Program-made: the position numbers and the translations under genes
The notes under the pieces: model-generated
Seen by the model: the letters and a program-made list of their open reading frames with translations, nothing else
Database searches by the model: none
Told to the model about the DNA's origin: nothing
Virus record (IMG/VR): IMGVR_UViG_3300009095_001812
Span: 120,990 to 184,989 of that record
DNA length: 64,000 bases
Strand: one strand, 5' to 3'
Origin: a virus
Taxonomy: Duplodnaviria > Heunggongvirae > Uroviricota > Caudoviricetes
Part shown: in pieces, positions 18,533 through 27,308 of the stretch
Layout of the letters: each line of letters begins with the position of its first letter
Numbering within the stretch: the first letter of the stretch is position 1

Positions 18533-18766
18533 TTAGCAAACATCCCAGCCAGTTAATCTAGAGGATGGAGATGTTCTCGAATCAAATTCTTCAGGATCCA
18601 TTTCTCCCTTGCAAATTCGATGAAGCTGAGTTTTCATTTTTCTTCTATAAGCTCGGTGAGCGCAAGCTTTGGCTGAAGACAAATGTGTTCGATCACCCAA
18701 AATATGATGGGCGGCCCAACGAGCAGATCTATAAACTATAGGTGGGGTTTGATTTGTTGTATGCAT
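18533..18766 (-). CDS. Hypothetical protein
   Basis: 77-aa ORF. Confidence 0.4.
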   Translation of the reverse strand: MHTTNQTPPIVYRSARWAAHHILGDRTHLSSAKACAHRAYRRKMKTQLHRICKGEMDPEEFDSRTSPSSRLTGWDVC

Positions 18767-18797
18767 ACCTAAGGTGGCATGACATACCTCCTCTCAA

Positions 18798-19421
18798 TTA
18801 TTTAGAATGTCCCTGAAGGGCTTGCTGTAATAAATATAAATGAACTTCAGAATCAGATGCTTGACCCATGATTAAATCATCTAATCCAAGGGTCATCATA
18901 TCTTTATCTTTTAAGAAGTCATATACTTTTTTACATACACCCTGAAAAGTTTTCTCGATTGCTAAAGAAGACAGAACTAAACCTTGAATAGTCTTTTCTT
19001 TTGGTAAAAACTTCTGTACAATTATAGATTCTCTTCCATCGAAATCTATCTTGCCACAGAGCCCTATGACACGTTCAGCAGCATCATCTGCCATTTCTTG
19101 AGCATCTTCATAAAGGCGTTGGAACAAGAGATGATCTCCGTAGTTCACAGACTCCCAGTGGTTCTGTTGATGGAGTAGATACAAAGCTCTTGTAAATGCA
19201 ACATACATAGAAAGAAGCTTGCAAGCCTCCTCGGACATTGTCTCTTGAGCTTTCTTACCAAAGAAATTATCAAGTAGAGTTTCAGCTACAACAATTTCTG
19301 TTGTAGATGTTCTTCCTTTATTCCATCGGGATATAAGCTTTTGTGCATCTCCACGTAGCTCTTTCGTTTTTGATTGAAGCGAAGCTGCCTTTATAAATCC
19401 TTCAATAATGTAATCACTCAT
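18798..19421 (-). CDS. Dps-like ferritin-superfamily protein (DNA protection during starvation)
   Basis: 207 aa. LLHQQNHWESVNYGDHLLFQRLYEDAQEMADDAAERV matches the Dps ferroxidase-site helix pattern (FHW.V.G..F..LH..FEE.Y.E....D.IAER). Confidence 0.65.
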   Translation of the reverse strand: MSDYIIEGFIKAASLQSKTKELRGDAQKLISRWNKGRTSTTEIVVAETLLDNFFGKKAQETMSEEACKLLSMYVAFTRALYLLHQQNHWESVNYGDHLLFQRLYEDAQEMADDAAERVIGLCGKIDFDGRESIIVQKFLPKEKTIQGLVLSSLAIEKTFQGVCKKVYDFLKDKDMMTLGLDDLIMGQASDSEVHLYLLQQALQGHSK

Positions 19422-19695
19422 GCTTGGATTCAGAATTATGCGTATTTAAAAGCCTCTTCAAAACCAAACCACAAACAAGTGCTGAAGGCACTGAACCGAC
19501 CCAATACCATGGTGATTTTAAAGCTTCAAAACCAACAGTGATAGATGACCATATAGATCCTGTAACAATTATTGATACTACACAAAACATATATATTTTA
19601 ACAGAGTTGTTTCTATGATCTAATTTAACAGAACATAGTGTGCAATATCTAAATGGTTGGTATAGATTACATTTCTTACAGTGATGTAATCCCAT
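19414..19695 (-). CDS. Small membrane protein
   Basis: 93 aa, mostly hydrophobic. Confidence 0.45.
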   Translation of the reverse strand: MGLHHCKKCNLYQPFRYCTLCSVKLDHRNNSVKIYMFCVVSIIVTGSIWSSITVGFEALKSPWYWVGSVPSALVCGLVLKRLLNTHNSESKHE

Positions 19696-19878
19696 TATAC
19701 TAAATCTTTCCCAACAATATTTCTATCCCAGTTTTCAAAAGCCCAATATGCTTCGCTTAGGAGAAATCCACCGAAAGGGGGGCACAAATACTAATAAGTT
19801 TTTTGTAATCTTTATATAATAAATCTTGTAGCGCTACGCCTTGTCTATAGAAAAGTTTTGTTTGAACGTAATTATTTT

Positions 19879-20301
19879 TCATAGCCCGAGTTTCATTTTC
19901 AATTTTTGATTATATTCCCCAAAAGGACCATTAAGTACATCATTCCAAGTAACCCATTTAGCAGGTCCGGCATCACCTTGCTCTGGAACCTGATCGATGT
20001 TTCCATGATAGAAAAATGTAGTTACTTTAAATGGATAATCCACCCGCTCGAACACAGGTTCGAGCTTGGTCTTGTCAAGTTGAATGTGGGCTTCTTCCCA
20101 AACCTCGCGTACCAAAGCTTCTAGAGGAGTTTCTCCAGGGTCAACCTTACCACCAGGAAGTCCCCATTCATTGGTAGTGCCTCTACGGGCTACACCAAGT
20201 ATTTTGTCACCTTTGAGCGCACAGACGCAAACCGCCTGTCGGGGCTCTACGTCTTTTGCGTACTTACGTGCCATTTCAAATAGAACTTCTATTTTACCCA
20301 T
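19879..20301 (-). CDS. Nudix hydrolase (MutT-like)
   Basis: 140 aa with a clear Nudix box GGKVDPGETPLEALVREVWEEAHI. Confidence 0.8.
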   Translation of the reverse strand: MGKIEVLFEMARKYAKDVEPRQAVCVCALKGDKILGVARRGTTNEWGLPGGKVDPGETPLEALVREVWEEAHIQLDKTKLEPVFERVDYPFKVTTFFYHGNIDQVPEQGDAGPAKWVTWNDVLNGPFGEYNQKLKMKLGL

Positions 20302-20313
20302 TACACACCTCTC

Positions 20314-20487
20314 CTAGTTGGAGAAGCGTGTCAGATCCTTTGGGTTAGTAGCTTTAGATGTAAAATCTCCCCTATAACGTACAAAAACATATTGTTTGTT
20401 TATAGAGGTAACAATACCTTCTTCAGCGTTAGCTTTTGGATAGGGTCTGTAAATGACTTTTTCTCCAACTTTAAAATCAGTTGTCTT
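20314..20487 (-). CDS. Small hypothetical protein (57 aa, GTG start)
   Basis: AAGGTAA RBS 8 nt upstream of the GTG. Below the ORF-track cutoff. Confidence 0.3.
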   Translation of the reverse strand, partial: KTTDFKVGEKVIYRPYPKANAEEGIVTSINKQYVFVRYRGDFTSKATNPKDLTRFSN

Positions 20488-20608
20488 CACTGTTTTATTA
20501 CCTTATTAATCATATACTTAACAATCAGATCCACAAGATCCGCATGTATAAGATTGAAATAAAGAGTTTTCTAAACTTTGTGCCATACAAGTTCTTTTTA
20601 ACCAAATT

Positions 20609-21052
20609 TTAGGTTTGGATATTTAGACATTCCTCAAGTATCCATGGTGTCTGTTTTGACGCTTCAATAACAGCTGTTAAAGGATCTGGGGAGCTTGCGT
20701 GTTTTGTTTCGCTTTCATCAAGCCACTTTCCAATAAACCAAAACAGTGAAACAACCCAGTTACCAGAACTTTTTAAAGTAAATTCATGGTCAAGCCATCT
20801 TTCACCAGCAGCAACCTTCCATTCTTTTAGCTTCTCTAGTGCTGTTTCTAATCGCTTTCTTTCAATGTTTTCTTTAATGAAAGTAGCAACAATATGACCG
20901 GCTTGCGTTAGATAGATTTCATCTCCGCGACTCACCTCAGGCCATGCCAACCCAAGTTCAATAAACCTACTAACAAACGGTTGAGCGACAACACCATCAC
21001 TCTCCAAAGCCTTCACAAGCACCGCTTGCTCTTCATTGCTGAGGTTTGTCAT
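20609..21052 (-). CDS. Hypothetical protein
   Basis: 147-aa ORF. Confidence 0.55.
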   Translation of the reverse strand: MTNLSNEEQAVLVKALESDGVVAQPFVSRFIELGLAWPEVSRGDEIYLTQAGHIVATFIKENIERKRLETALEKLKEWKVAAGERWLDHEFTLKSSGNWVVSLFWFIGKWLDESETKHASSPDPLTAVIEASKQTPWILEECLNIQT

Positions 21053-21154
21053 TTTAATTCTTTCTTAATTGAAAAAGAAACACTGGTTTTAGTACGGGAC
21101 TTCCCAGTACGTTGAGATGACTAGAATTTGGATTTAATCCAAATTTTCTCTTTG

Positions 21155-21227
21155 AGCAGGAGATGGGACTTGAACCCACGAACCTTCTGATTGGCAATCA
21201 GACGCTCTACCACTGAGCTACACCTGC
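21155..21227 (-). tRNA. tRNA-Gly (anticodon GCC)
   Basis: Acceptor GCAGGTG, D-arm GCTC-AGTGGTA-GAGC, anticodon loop TTGCCAA, T-loop TTCAAGT. Confidence 0.85.
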
Positions 21228-21402
21228 AAAATTAACTAAGACTTGGGAGTATTATAATTTTTCTTAGACATACTTACCATATAAAGTTGCGAACACCTAG
21301 ATTTTCTAGGTGAGGTTTTGGCTATCCAATTCCCTTAGGTTTCACCTCAACCATAGAACATGAACCTTTTAGATAATCTTCTATTCTATATTCGCGATTG
21401 TG

Positions 21403-21474
21403 AGCAGACGGTGGGATTTAAACCCACGACATTAACCTTGGAAGGGTTACGTTCTATCACTGAACTACGCCTGC
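21403..21474 (-). tRNA. tRNA-Gly (anticodon UCC)
   Basis: Acceptor GCAGGCG / CGTCTGC, anticodon loop CTTCCAA, T-arm GTGGG-TTTAAAT-CCCAC. Confidence 0.85.
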
Positions 21475-21701
21475 AATTATAAACTTATTTTATGATCCAT
21501 TATTAGTAGGCTCATCAAGATGAGCCATATTTTCTACTATTTTATGACCGTAGCTCGGAGGAGGCGCAATGTGTTTATCGCCGCTCTCCTCTTCCTTTTG
21601 ATGCTCCTCAGTACGTGCCCACTTTTTAGGCGGAGGTTTAGGAGGCTTCGGAAAACTAGCACATCCGAAGGAAAATACAACAAGTAAAATTGCTAATTTA
21701 G

Positions 21702-22607
21702 TTATCCCATTAATTGGATGCTAGAATATTCAGTGTTGCTCAAATCAAAATCGACTACGTTTTTCTTCAAGTGATCAATGTAGTACTGAACATCTTCACC
21801 TCCTGATATTTCATGAGATGTAATCTTGCTTTCTAGTTTCTTTCGAATATCACCGATCTTTGGACCAAAAGGAACGTTGAATTCTTTTGCGATGACATTA
21901 CCCAATCCCTTAGGTAGTGTGTTTTGCTTTGAATCAATCTCTTGAATCTTGAGAACTCTTTCTCTCAACTCTTCAATAGAATCAAGAATTTTTTGTTTCT
22001 TTGCTTGATTTGCTGTTGTGATATCAGCACTTGATAATGTAAGAATATCATCAAGATGATTTCCTATATCTTTACCAAAACGACGCACAGCGGAGTCTGT
22101 CCACTCAGATGAGTAGCTTTCAACATATCCCAAATTTCTTACAAGGAAATAGATCCTATCTCTTTGTCTTTGAGAGAAGATTCTAGAACGCTTTGCAAAG
22201 GCGCTAAAGATTTGAGCTGAGATTTTCTCATGGTTGTGGAATGTTACTTTTTTGTTCTTGATTGAGAATGCACGAGCCTTTCCAAGATCATGAAACAGAG
22301 CTGCCCATCTCAGGATTGTTACTGGTGGTGTTTGACTTACAACACGAATTGTGTGCGGCCAAATTTCCTTGAACCGTTTTGATGATTTCAGCTCCAAAGA
22401 TTCTCTGATTTCCGGAATGAGATATTCAAAGAATCCAGCTCTCTGAAGCGCAACAAGGGCAATGCCAACGTGAGGGCCTCTTACAATTTCGTGAAGAACC
22501 ATCAACTGATTTCCTAATGCCCGTACATCTTCGTTTGTGATGGGTTTAATTTTACCATCACAAATTCCAGTAATTGCAAGCTGTTGAGCTTGTTTTAGCA
22601 GTTCCAT
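21702..22607 (-). CDS. HD-domain phosphohydrolase (resembles the HD module of bacterial CCA-adding enzymes / 2',3'-cyclic phosphodiesterase)
   Basis: 301 aa. H...HDLGK motif at WAALFHDLGKA, plus downstream conserved His/Asp residues. Confidence 0.65.
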   Translation of the reverse strand: MELLKQAQQLAITGICDGKIKPITNEDVRALGNQLMVLHEIVRGPHVGIALVALQRAGFFEYLIPEIRESLELKSSKRFKEIWPHTIRVVSQTPPVTILRWAALFHDLGKARAFSIKNKKVTFHNHEKISAQIFSAFAKRSRIFSQRQRDRIYFLVRNLGYVESYSSEWTDSAVRRFGKDIGNHLDDILTLSSADITTANQAKKQKILDSIEELRERVLKIQEIDSKQNTLPKGLGNVIAKEFNVPFGPKIGDIRKKLESKITSHEISGGEDVQYYIDHLKKNVVDFDLSNTEYSSIQLMG

Positions 22608-22933
22608 TATATCACTATAACTTTCTTATTGGATATAAAGCTATCCATATCTATTTTGGCTTCATAATCAGAGTAGTCTACACAAATCTCTTCATCTTTC
22701 TTTATAGCTTGAAGAGCGACAAAATGCCAATCTCCATTGATCTTTTGACAGACAGCATTTGGAGTTTTTGAATCATTTATCAAAAGTCCAAAAGTATTTC
22801 TTTGGTACACTTTGACAAAGTTATCATCATTTACAAGAGGAAGAGAAACCCCTATATCCTCACCTTTTTTGAGATTTGTTGAAGCAAAAACTCCATTACC
22901 ATGAATGCTAGATTTTTGTACTTTCCACTTCAT
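22607..22933 (-). CDS. SET-domain protein (small lysine methyltransferase-like, vSET-sized)
   Basis: 108 aa. SIHGNGVFA (GxG), INDSKTPNAV (NHSxxPN-like) and EEICVDYSDY (ELxxDY) in the canonical SET order. Confidence 0.6.
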   Translation of the reverse strand: MKWKVQKSSIHGNGVFASTNLKKGEDIGVSLPLVNDDNFVKVYQRNTFGLLINDSKTPNAVCQKINGDWHFVALQAIKKDEEICVDYSDYEAKIDMDSFISNKKVIVI

Positions 22934-23573
22934 TGAATTCTATCGGATAATCAGAGAGTCGTTTCTTTATAGCTTTTGTTTGTAGTAAGCCACTAATCCA
23001 GGAAGCGGGCGCAATAGAATCCTCGACTTTATCAAGAAGTTCCTCAACCGTGAATAAATCCAAGGGCGAAGAACCAAAATCAACACTAACCCAAAAATCA
23101 CATGAACAATTTAGAATAGAATCAATCTCATTTTGTGTTATAGATAACCCACATAAAGAGCAAGGTTTTTCATTCTTTGGTAATAAAAGACATGTATTAA
23201 ATTTATCTAACTCTTCGTTTTTATGTGTTAGAATTATATTCTTGTCTTGTATAAGCTGAATGCAATCAATTAGATGACCATTGTCATTTGTGTTATCTAC
23301 TTGAATTCGCTGAAGCGAATTCCACAATCTAGGGTTTTCTACTCGTAGCGATAGATTTCCTTGCATCATATCATGATTCCATTGATCATGCAAGATGCCC
23401 CGAAGACGAAGCTCTTCCGAGAATGCAAGAAGTTTATTCAACCAATACGATGGAAACAATTCTTCTTTGATGTCCAGCGCCCATTCAACAAATGGATACT
23501 CCCGAGATATTTGAACAAGATTCTCAGGTGGTATATGATGGTCAACACCAACTATCGAGACGGTGGAAATCAT
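22908..23573 (-). CDS. Hypothetical protein
   Basis: 221-aa ORF. Confidence 0.5.
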   Translation of the reverse strand: MISTVSIVGVDHHIPPENLVQISREYPFVEWALDIKEELFPSYWLNKLLAFSEELRLRGILHDQWNHDMMQGNLSLRVENPRLWNSLQRIQVDNTNDNGHLIDCIQLIQDKNIILTHKNEELDKFNTCLLLPKNEKPCSLCGLSITQNEIDSILNCSCDFWVSVDFGSSPLDLFTVEELLDKVEDSIAPASWISGLLQTKAIKKRLSDYPIEFNEVESTKI

Positions 23574-23587
23574 ACGCCTATGTTAGC

Positions 23588-24160
23588 TTATGCGTCAGAT
23601 ATTTTTAAATCTCTAAGCCTATATACTTGTATGTTATCGTAAATAAACATGAAATTAAAAAAATCTTCATTAATAGAAAGAACACCAAAGTCTTCGATCT
23701 GTGGTGTGATTACAATTAATTTGTTTGGAATATCTAATTCCACTCCTTTACGATCTACATCATAGTATAAATCATTTAGGTAACGACCACCAGCATACTT
23801 TACTTGTTTAGTAAGTGCTTGTTTTGTATCTTTTGATGCAAACCAAAGATTAGGAGAAAGTTCAATACCATTATACTGATGGGTACTAAAGTCCATAAAA
23901 GCATGGGCGAAATTATCAACATGTTTCTGGGGCTTTAGAGATATAGCCTCTATCAAAACTTCTTGAAGTTTTGTTTGCCAATCATAGGTTGATCTAGATA
24001 ACATTGGTAGTGTTATTTTAGTTATCTTAACATCTGAAGCAGATTCTCCAGCCAACCCAAGATACCAAACATTAGCCTGTTGTTCAAAACTATAAGATGG
24101 ATCTGCGCCTTCTTGAAGCCAATCATATACTAATGCATGCTCTAATTTTCTATATCCCAT
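23588..24160 (-). CDS. Hypothetical protein
   Basis: 190-aa ORF. Confidence 0.5.
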   Translation of the reverse strand: MGYRKLEHALVYDWLQEGADPSYSFEQQANVWYLGLAGESASDVKITKITLPMLSRSTYDWQTKLQEVLIEAISLKPQKHVDNFAHAFMDFSTHQYNGIELSPNLWFASKDTKQALTKQVKYAGGRYLNDLYYDVDRKGVELDIPNKLIVITPQIEDFGVLSINEDFFNFMFIYDNIQVYRLRDLKISDA

Positions 24161-24190
24161 GCGGAAATATATATCAACAAAATCTATATG

Positions 24191-24263
24191 AGCTGGCAGT
24201 CGGATTCGAACCGACCTACTTTAACTTACCAAGTTAATGCTTTCCCTAGTCAGCTTTGCCAGC
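24191..24263 (-). tRNA. tRNA-Thr (anticodon GGU)
   Basis: Acceptor GCTGGCA / TGCCAGC, anticodon arm TTAAC-TTGGTAA-GTTAA, T-loop TTCGAAT. Confidence 0.8.
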
Positions 24264-24268
24264 ATGTC

Positions 24269-24472
24269 TTACATACCTAATATATCCTCTGCGAGCCTGA
24301 TCCACACTTCTTTATCATGTGCAGTTTCAAAATCTCCAGGATCAAATTCTTCAAGAAATGAAGGCATTTTTCCTTCATCTTCTTCAATACGAGCATCTCG
24401 AATACCACGAATGTAGTATTCTCTTAGCTTCTTAGCCACTATTTGTATGATTGCTTTTTTGACCGTTATCAT
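24269..24472 (-). CDS. Small hypothetical protein
   Basis: 67-aa ORF. Confidence 0.4.
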   Translation of the reverse strand: MITVKKAIIQIVAKKLREYYIRGIRDARIEEDEGKMPSFLEEFDPGDFETAHDKEVWIRLAEDILGM

Positions 24473-24550
24473 CCCGCACCTCGCAAAAGGTGAGGTGCAT
24501 CAGTCTTCAAAACCTGATAAGCGCCTCCTTTATTTATACTACATTATCAC

Positions 24551-24814
24551 CTAAAACAATTCATCAATTTGATTTGTATATGGTTTTATTTTAAAAGTAT
24601 TAAATAATTCAATTAAACAAATTTCACATAAACTAAATTTACATTCAATACAGTCGCCTATCTTGGAGGCATATCCTCCACAGAAAGAAACCTCTATAAG
24701 ACCTTCGTAATTCATATTGCAACTATCTTTTAAAGAACACCCACATTTATTACAAATAATATCTTCAACGACAGTTACAGTTTCTGTTTGTTCTATTTCT
24801 TTTGTTATTTGCAT
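24551..24814 (-). CDS. Small Cys-rich protein
   Basis: 87 aa with several CxxC pairs. Confidence 0.45.
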   Translation of the reverse strand: MQITKEIEQTETVTVVEDIICNKCGCSLKDSCNMNYEGLIEVSFCGGYASKIGDCIECKFSLCEICLIELFNTFKIKPYTNQIDELF

Positions 24815-24993
24815 ATTTCTATTTCATGTAGTTTGAAAAACAATTCATATGCATCTTTACAGTGCTTGCATTGCTTTCCATCAACAATACCATATCCAGC
24901 GTTGCAGGTGTTGTTCCCGCAATTACCACAAATTATGATCTTTCTTTCACAATGAGTACAATAAGACTCTTTGTGCTCTACAATATCTATCAT
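24805..24993 (-). CDS. Small Cys-rich protein
   Basis: 62 aa (CTHCERK..CGNCGNNTC..CKHCKD). Overlaps the previous gene. Confidence 0.45.
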   Translation of the reverse strand: MIDIVEHKESYCTHCERKIIICGNCGNNTCNAGYGIVDGKQCKHCKDAYELFFKLHEIEICK

Positions 24994-24995
24994 GG

Positions 24996-25066
24996 AGCTG
25001 ATTACCGGATTTGAACCGATGTTGCCACTTTACGAAAGAGGAGTGCTACCATTACACCAAATCAGC
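24996..25066 (-). tRNA. tRNA, probably tRNA-Thr (anticodon CGU)
   Basis: Acceptor GCTGATT / AATCAGC, D-arm GTGT-AATGGTA-GCAC, anticodon arm CCTCT-TTCGTAA-AGTGG with one stem mismatch, T-arm ATCGG-TTCAAAT-CCGGT. Confidence 0.65.
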
Positions 25067-25113
25067 ATCTGGATCTATTGCTAAAACATTTGTTTTCAGT
25101 TCAGCTTCAGCAT

Positions 25114-25272
25114 CTATAAACCACTTTTCTGTCTCTGTTTTAGAATACCCTTGACGACAGGAAGACAGCCGCCGCATCCGCGAGTTGCATTTGTGTTTTC
25201 TCTGACGAGCTTCAAACTTTTATACTTTTTGATTTGACTCTCGGTTACACCAAAACAATGGCAAACTATCAT
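25114..25272 (-). CDS. BFD-like [2Fe-2S]-binding domain protein (52 aa)
   Basis: MIVCHCFGVTESQIKK...TNATRGCGGCLPVV. The C-x-C ... C-x2-C spacing is typical of bacterioferritin-associated ferredoxin domains. Below the ORF-track cutoff. Confidence 0.45.
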   Translation of the reverse strand: MIVCHCFGVTESQIKKYKSLKLVRENTNATRGCGGCLPVVKGILKQRQKSGL

Positions 25273-25273
25273 A

Positions 25274-25546
25274 TCAATTCTCAATATCAATTATTTGAAT
25301 AAAACAATCTGGGATATCTTCTCTAGTTGTTTCTAGAGTTTTGTTTTCTTTTTTATTCAAAAGAAAAGAAACGACAGCCATATAAAAAGAGTAAACAACC
25401 ATAGCGGCACAAAATGCGAGAGGGGACTCTTCCTTTGAGAACTTTGCTACCAGATATAAAGCGTCAATCAATCCATCCACTGTTAGTAATATCTCGTATT
25501 CATTTAATTTATGACCTACAAGACCACCAGCGAAAAATGCGAACAA
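25274..25546 (-). CDS. Small membrane protein
   Basis: 90 aa, two hydrophobic helices. Confidence 0.45.
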   Translation of the reverse strand: MFAFFAGGLVGHKLNEYEILLTVDGLIDALYLVAKFSKEESPLAFCAAMVVYSFYMAVVSFLLNKKENKTLETTREDIPDCFIQIIDIEN

Positions 25547-25571
25547 GAAGAAAAATAATTTTATATCAATG

Positions 25572-25644
25572 TGGAGCTGATCGGATTCGAACCGACGACC
25601 TCTTATCAGCCAGATAAGCGCTCGCCCAACTGAGCTACAGCCCC
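25572..25644 (-). tRNA. tRNA-Ala (anticodon GGC)
   Basis: Acceptor GGGGCTG / CAGCTCC with the G3-U70 wobble that marks Ala identity. Anticodon arm CTTAT-CTGGCTG-ATAAG, discriminator A. Confidence 0.85.
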
Positions 25645-25850
25645 AACAAGGCGAAGATCCTAATGATCTTCTGCCTCGGTATTACCATGTTATTTGCTTT
25701 TCTTTTCAACTTTACGCACACCAGCGCGATAGCAAGGTCTACAATAGTAAACTAAGCCTCCGCTGATTTCTTGCGCAAGTTGACACCATTTGCATGTATG
25801 CATAGGCACCTCCTTTCAGTAAGGAGGCACTCTAACTTGTGTTATTTCTA

Positions 25851-26087
25851 TTATTCATCGTACTCCACACTTGGAAGCTCTCTACACATAACAGGTCCGT
25901 ACTTATGATAGTTTGGACAAACTCTACCAGTTCGTCTTAAAGACCTATTCTTAATTTTCTTCCAATCAGCGCGAGCTTTTGCAACATGCGTCGAGTTACA
26001 GCCAGCTCCGGGATTTCCATTCTCCCATCTTGGACCGTTCTCAGTGCGGTGTTGCTCACCCCTTTTGTGATTGGTATGATTAGACAT
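25851..26087 (-). CDS. Hypothetical basic protein
   Basis: 78-aa ORF. Confidence 0.4.
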   Translation of the reverse strand: MSNHTNHKRGEQHRTENGPRWENGNPGAGCNSTHVAKARADWKKIKNRSLRRTGRVCPNYHKYGPVMCRELPSVEYDE

Positions 26088-26244
26088 TTTGTTCTTTACG
26101 TTGTTCCCTCTCTCGAAGACGAGAGATACGTTCTTGTTTAGTTTCGATACGGTGATGAATGCAACGAAACCTATCTAGCATGCACATACCGCAACAACCT
26201 ACGGTACCACCTTTCCTTCTTTTTCTCTTTTTGTAGTGTGCCAT
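26080..26244 (-). CDS. Small basic Cys-rich protein (54 aa, start reassigned to MAHYKK)
   Basis: AAGGAG RBS 7 nt before the internal ATG. The upstream part of the tracked 112-aa frame does not look like protein. Confidence 0.35.
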   Translation of the reverse strand: MAHYKKRKRRKGGTVGCCGMCMLDRFRCIHHRIETKQERISRLREREQRKEQNV

Positions 26245-26439
26245 TTTGATCTCCTTGAGCCGCCGCCAGCGGCTTGGGTATGATCTTGGACACTTGAAGA
26301 GGGACGTAAGGAAACCAAAATCCGTACATAATAAAATGCGTAATAACTTCTTTGTAAAAACAATCGTCAGAGCAATAGAACCTCTCTGATACGGATGTTT
26401 TACAATAGTTACACACATCAGGATAATTTATATCCATAG

Positions 26440-26511
26440 TGGCGACAGTGGGATTTGAACCCACACAACACGACATATGAAATCGCTGCACTACCATTAT
26501 GCTATGTCGCC
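26440..26511 (-). tRNA. tRNA-Met/Ile (anticodon CAU; elongator type, G1-C72)
   Basis: Acceptor GGCGACA / TGTCGCC, anticodon loop TTCATAT, T-arm GTGGG-TTCAAAT-CCCAC. Confidence 0.8.
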
Positions 26512-26846
26512 AATTTGGCTAATTTCTTTTCTTGCCTTTCAGCAAGACGCTGTCTTAATGCCGATTCAGCTTGCCATCGAATCTCTGCCTTGGCTCGATT
26601 AGACTCAGCTAACTCAATAGCTTCCGATAGAGATAATTTACATACCCGACACTCTCCAGAGCTGTCGTGGGTATAAATGTGGATGTGATTATTTTTCGGT
26701 ATTCATTTCTTCAGTTTTCTATACAAACAGTATAATTAAAAATCCATTATTTCAATACTTCAATATTGCTTATAAATTCGTCTATATCATAAAAAAGATC
26801 TTCATTACCACTTGGGTTGTAGTCTTTTAGGTTATCTTTATAGAAA

Positions 26847-27203
26847 TCAAGGTGATTTAAAAAAATCCTCGATTACTTTTTTGGTTATAGACTTACAGTT
26901 CTTTCCATATCCCGCTTTCTCAAGATAGAAAGCATTCATCTCTTGCTCAAACTGACCCTTGATAGGCAATGACAATATCGGCTTACGAAGAGCAAGGCTT
27001 TCTGTTAGTACTGTAAATGAGCCGCCAGAGATGATAGCTCTAGCCGATGCTAAGTCAAGCATAAATTGATCTTCTGAAAACGGTTTCAAGATACAATTAC
27101 CAAGCTGTTTTTCTTTTACCTCTTCATTTCGCAAATATCCGTAAACAAAGAATTTCAAATCGAAAGAAGAAGAGGAATAACAACTTGTAAGTATTTCTAA
27201 CAA
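26847..27203 (-). CDS. Glycosyltransferase family 28 C-terminal domain-like protein (MurG/Alg13-like, stand-alone or truncated)
   Basis: 118 aa. IISGGSFTVLTESLALRKPILSLP...EQEMNAFYLEKAGYG matches the GT28 C-terminal nucleotide-sugar-binding motif. Confidence 0.5.
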   Translation of the reverse strand: MLEILTSCYSSSSFDLKFFVYGYLRNEEVKEKQLGNCILKPFSEDQFMLDLASARAIISGGSFTVLTESLALRKPILSLPIKGQFEQEMNAFYLEKAGYGKNCKSITKKVIEDFFKSP

Positions 27204-27308
27204 GTTGTTATTTTATTACTGAAATTATTGCTACAGCAAGTACTGTAACAATGAGAAAAATGGTTTGAAAAATTTTTCCATAACATATACCTTTCGAGAT
27301 ATTTAAGT

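Noticed and set aside
22607-22933. Eukaryotic giant-virus (NCLDV) origin suggested by the vSET-like protein
   Set aside because: Bacterial signals dominate: SD-type RBSs, the prfB-type frameshift, G3-U70 and C1-A72 tRNA features, intrinsic terminators, HNH/tRNA clusters and overlapping ATGA start/stops. The sequence is read as a large phage or bacterial mobile element.
24480-24505. Hairpin GCACCTCGCAAAAGGTGAGGTGC as a terminator
   Set aside because: It is not followed by a T-run on either strand and sits between convergent small ORFs. Not enough evidence.
26510-26846. Possible gene between tRNA-Met and the GT28-like gene (an open frame encoding ...SLSEAIELAESNRAKAEIRWQAESALRQRLAERQEKKLAKLAT)
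   Set aside because: No in-frame ATG, GTG or TTG start with an RBS could be found. It was left unannotated.
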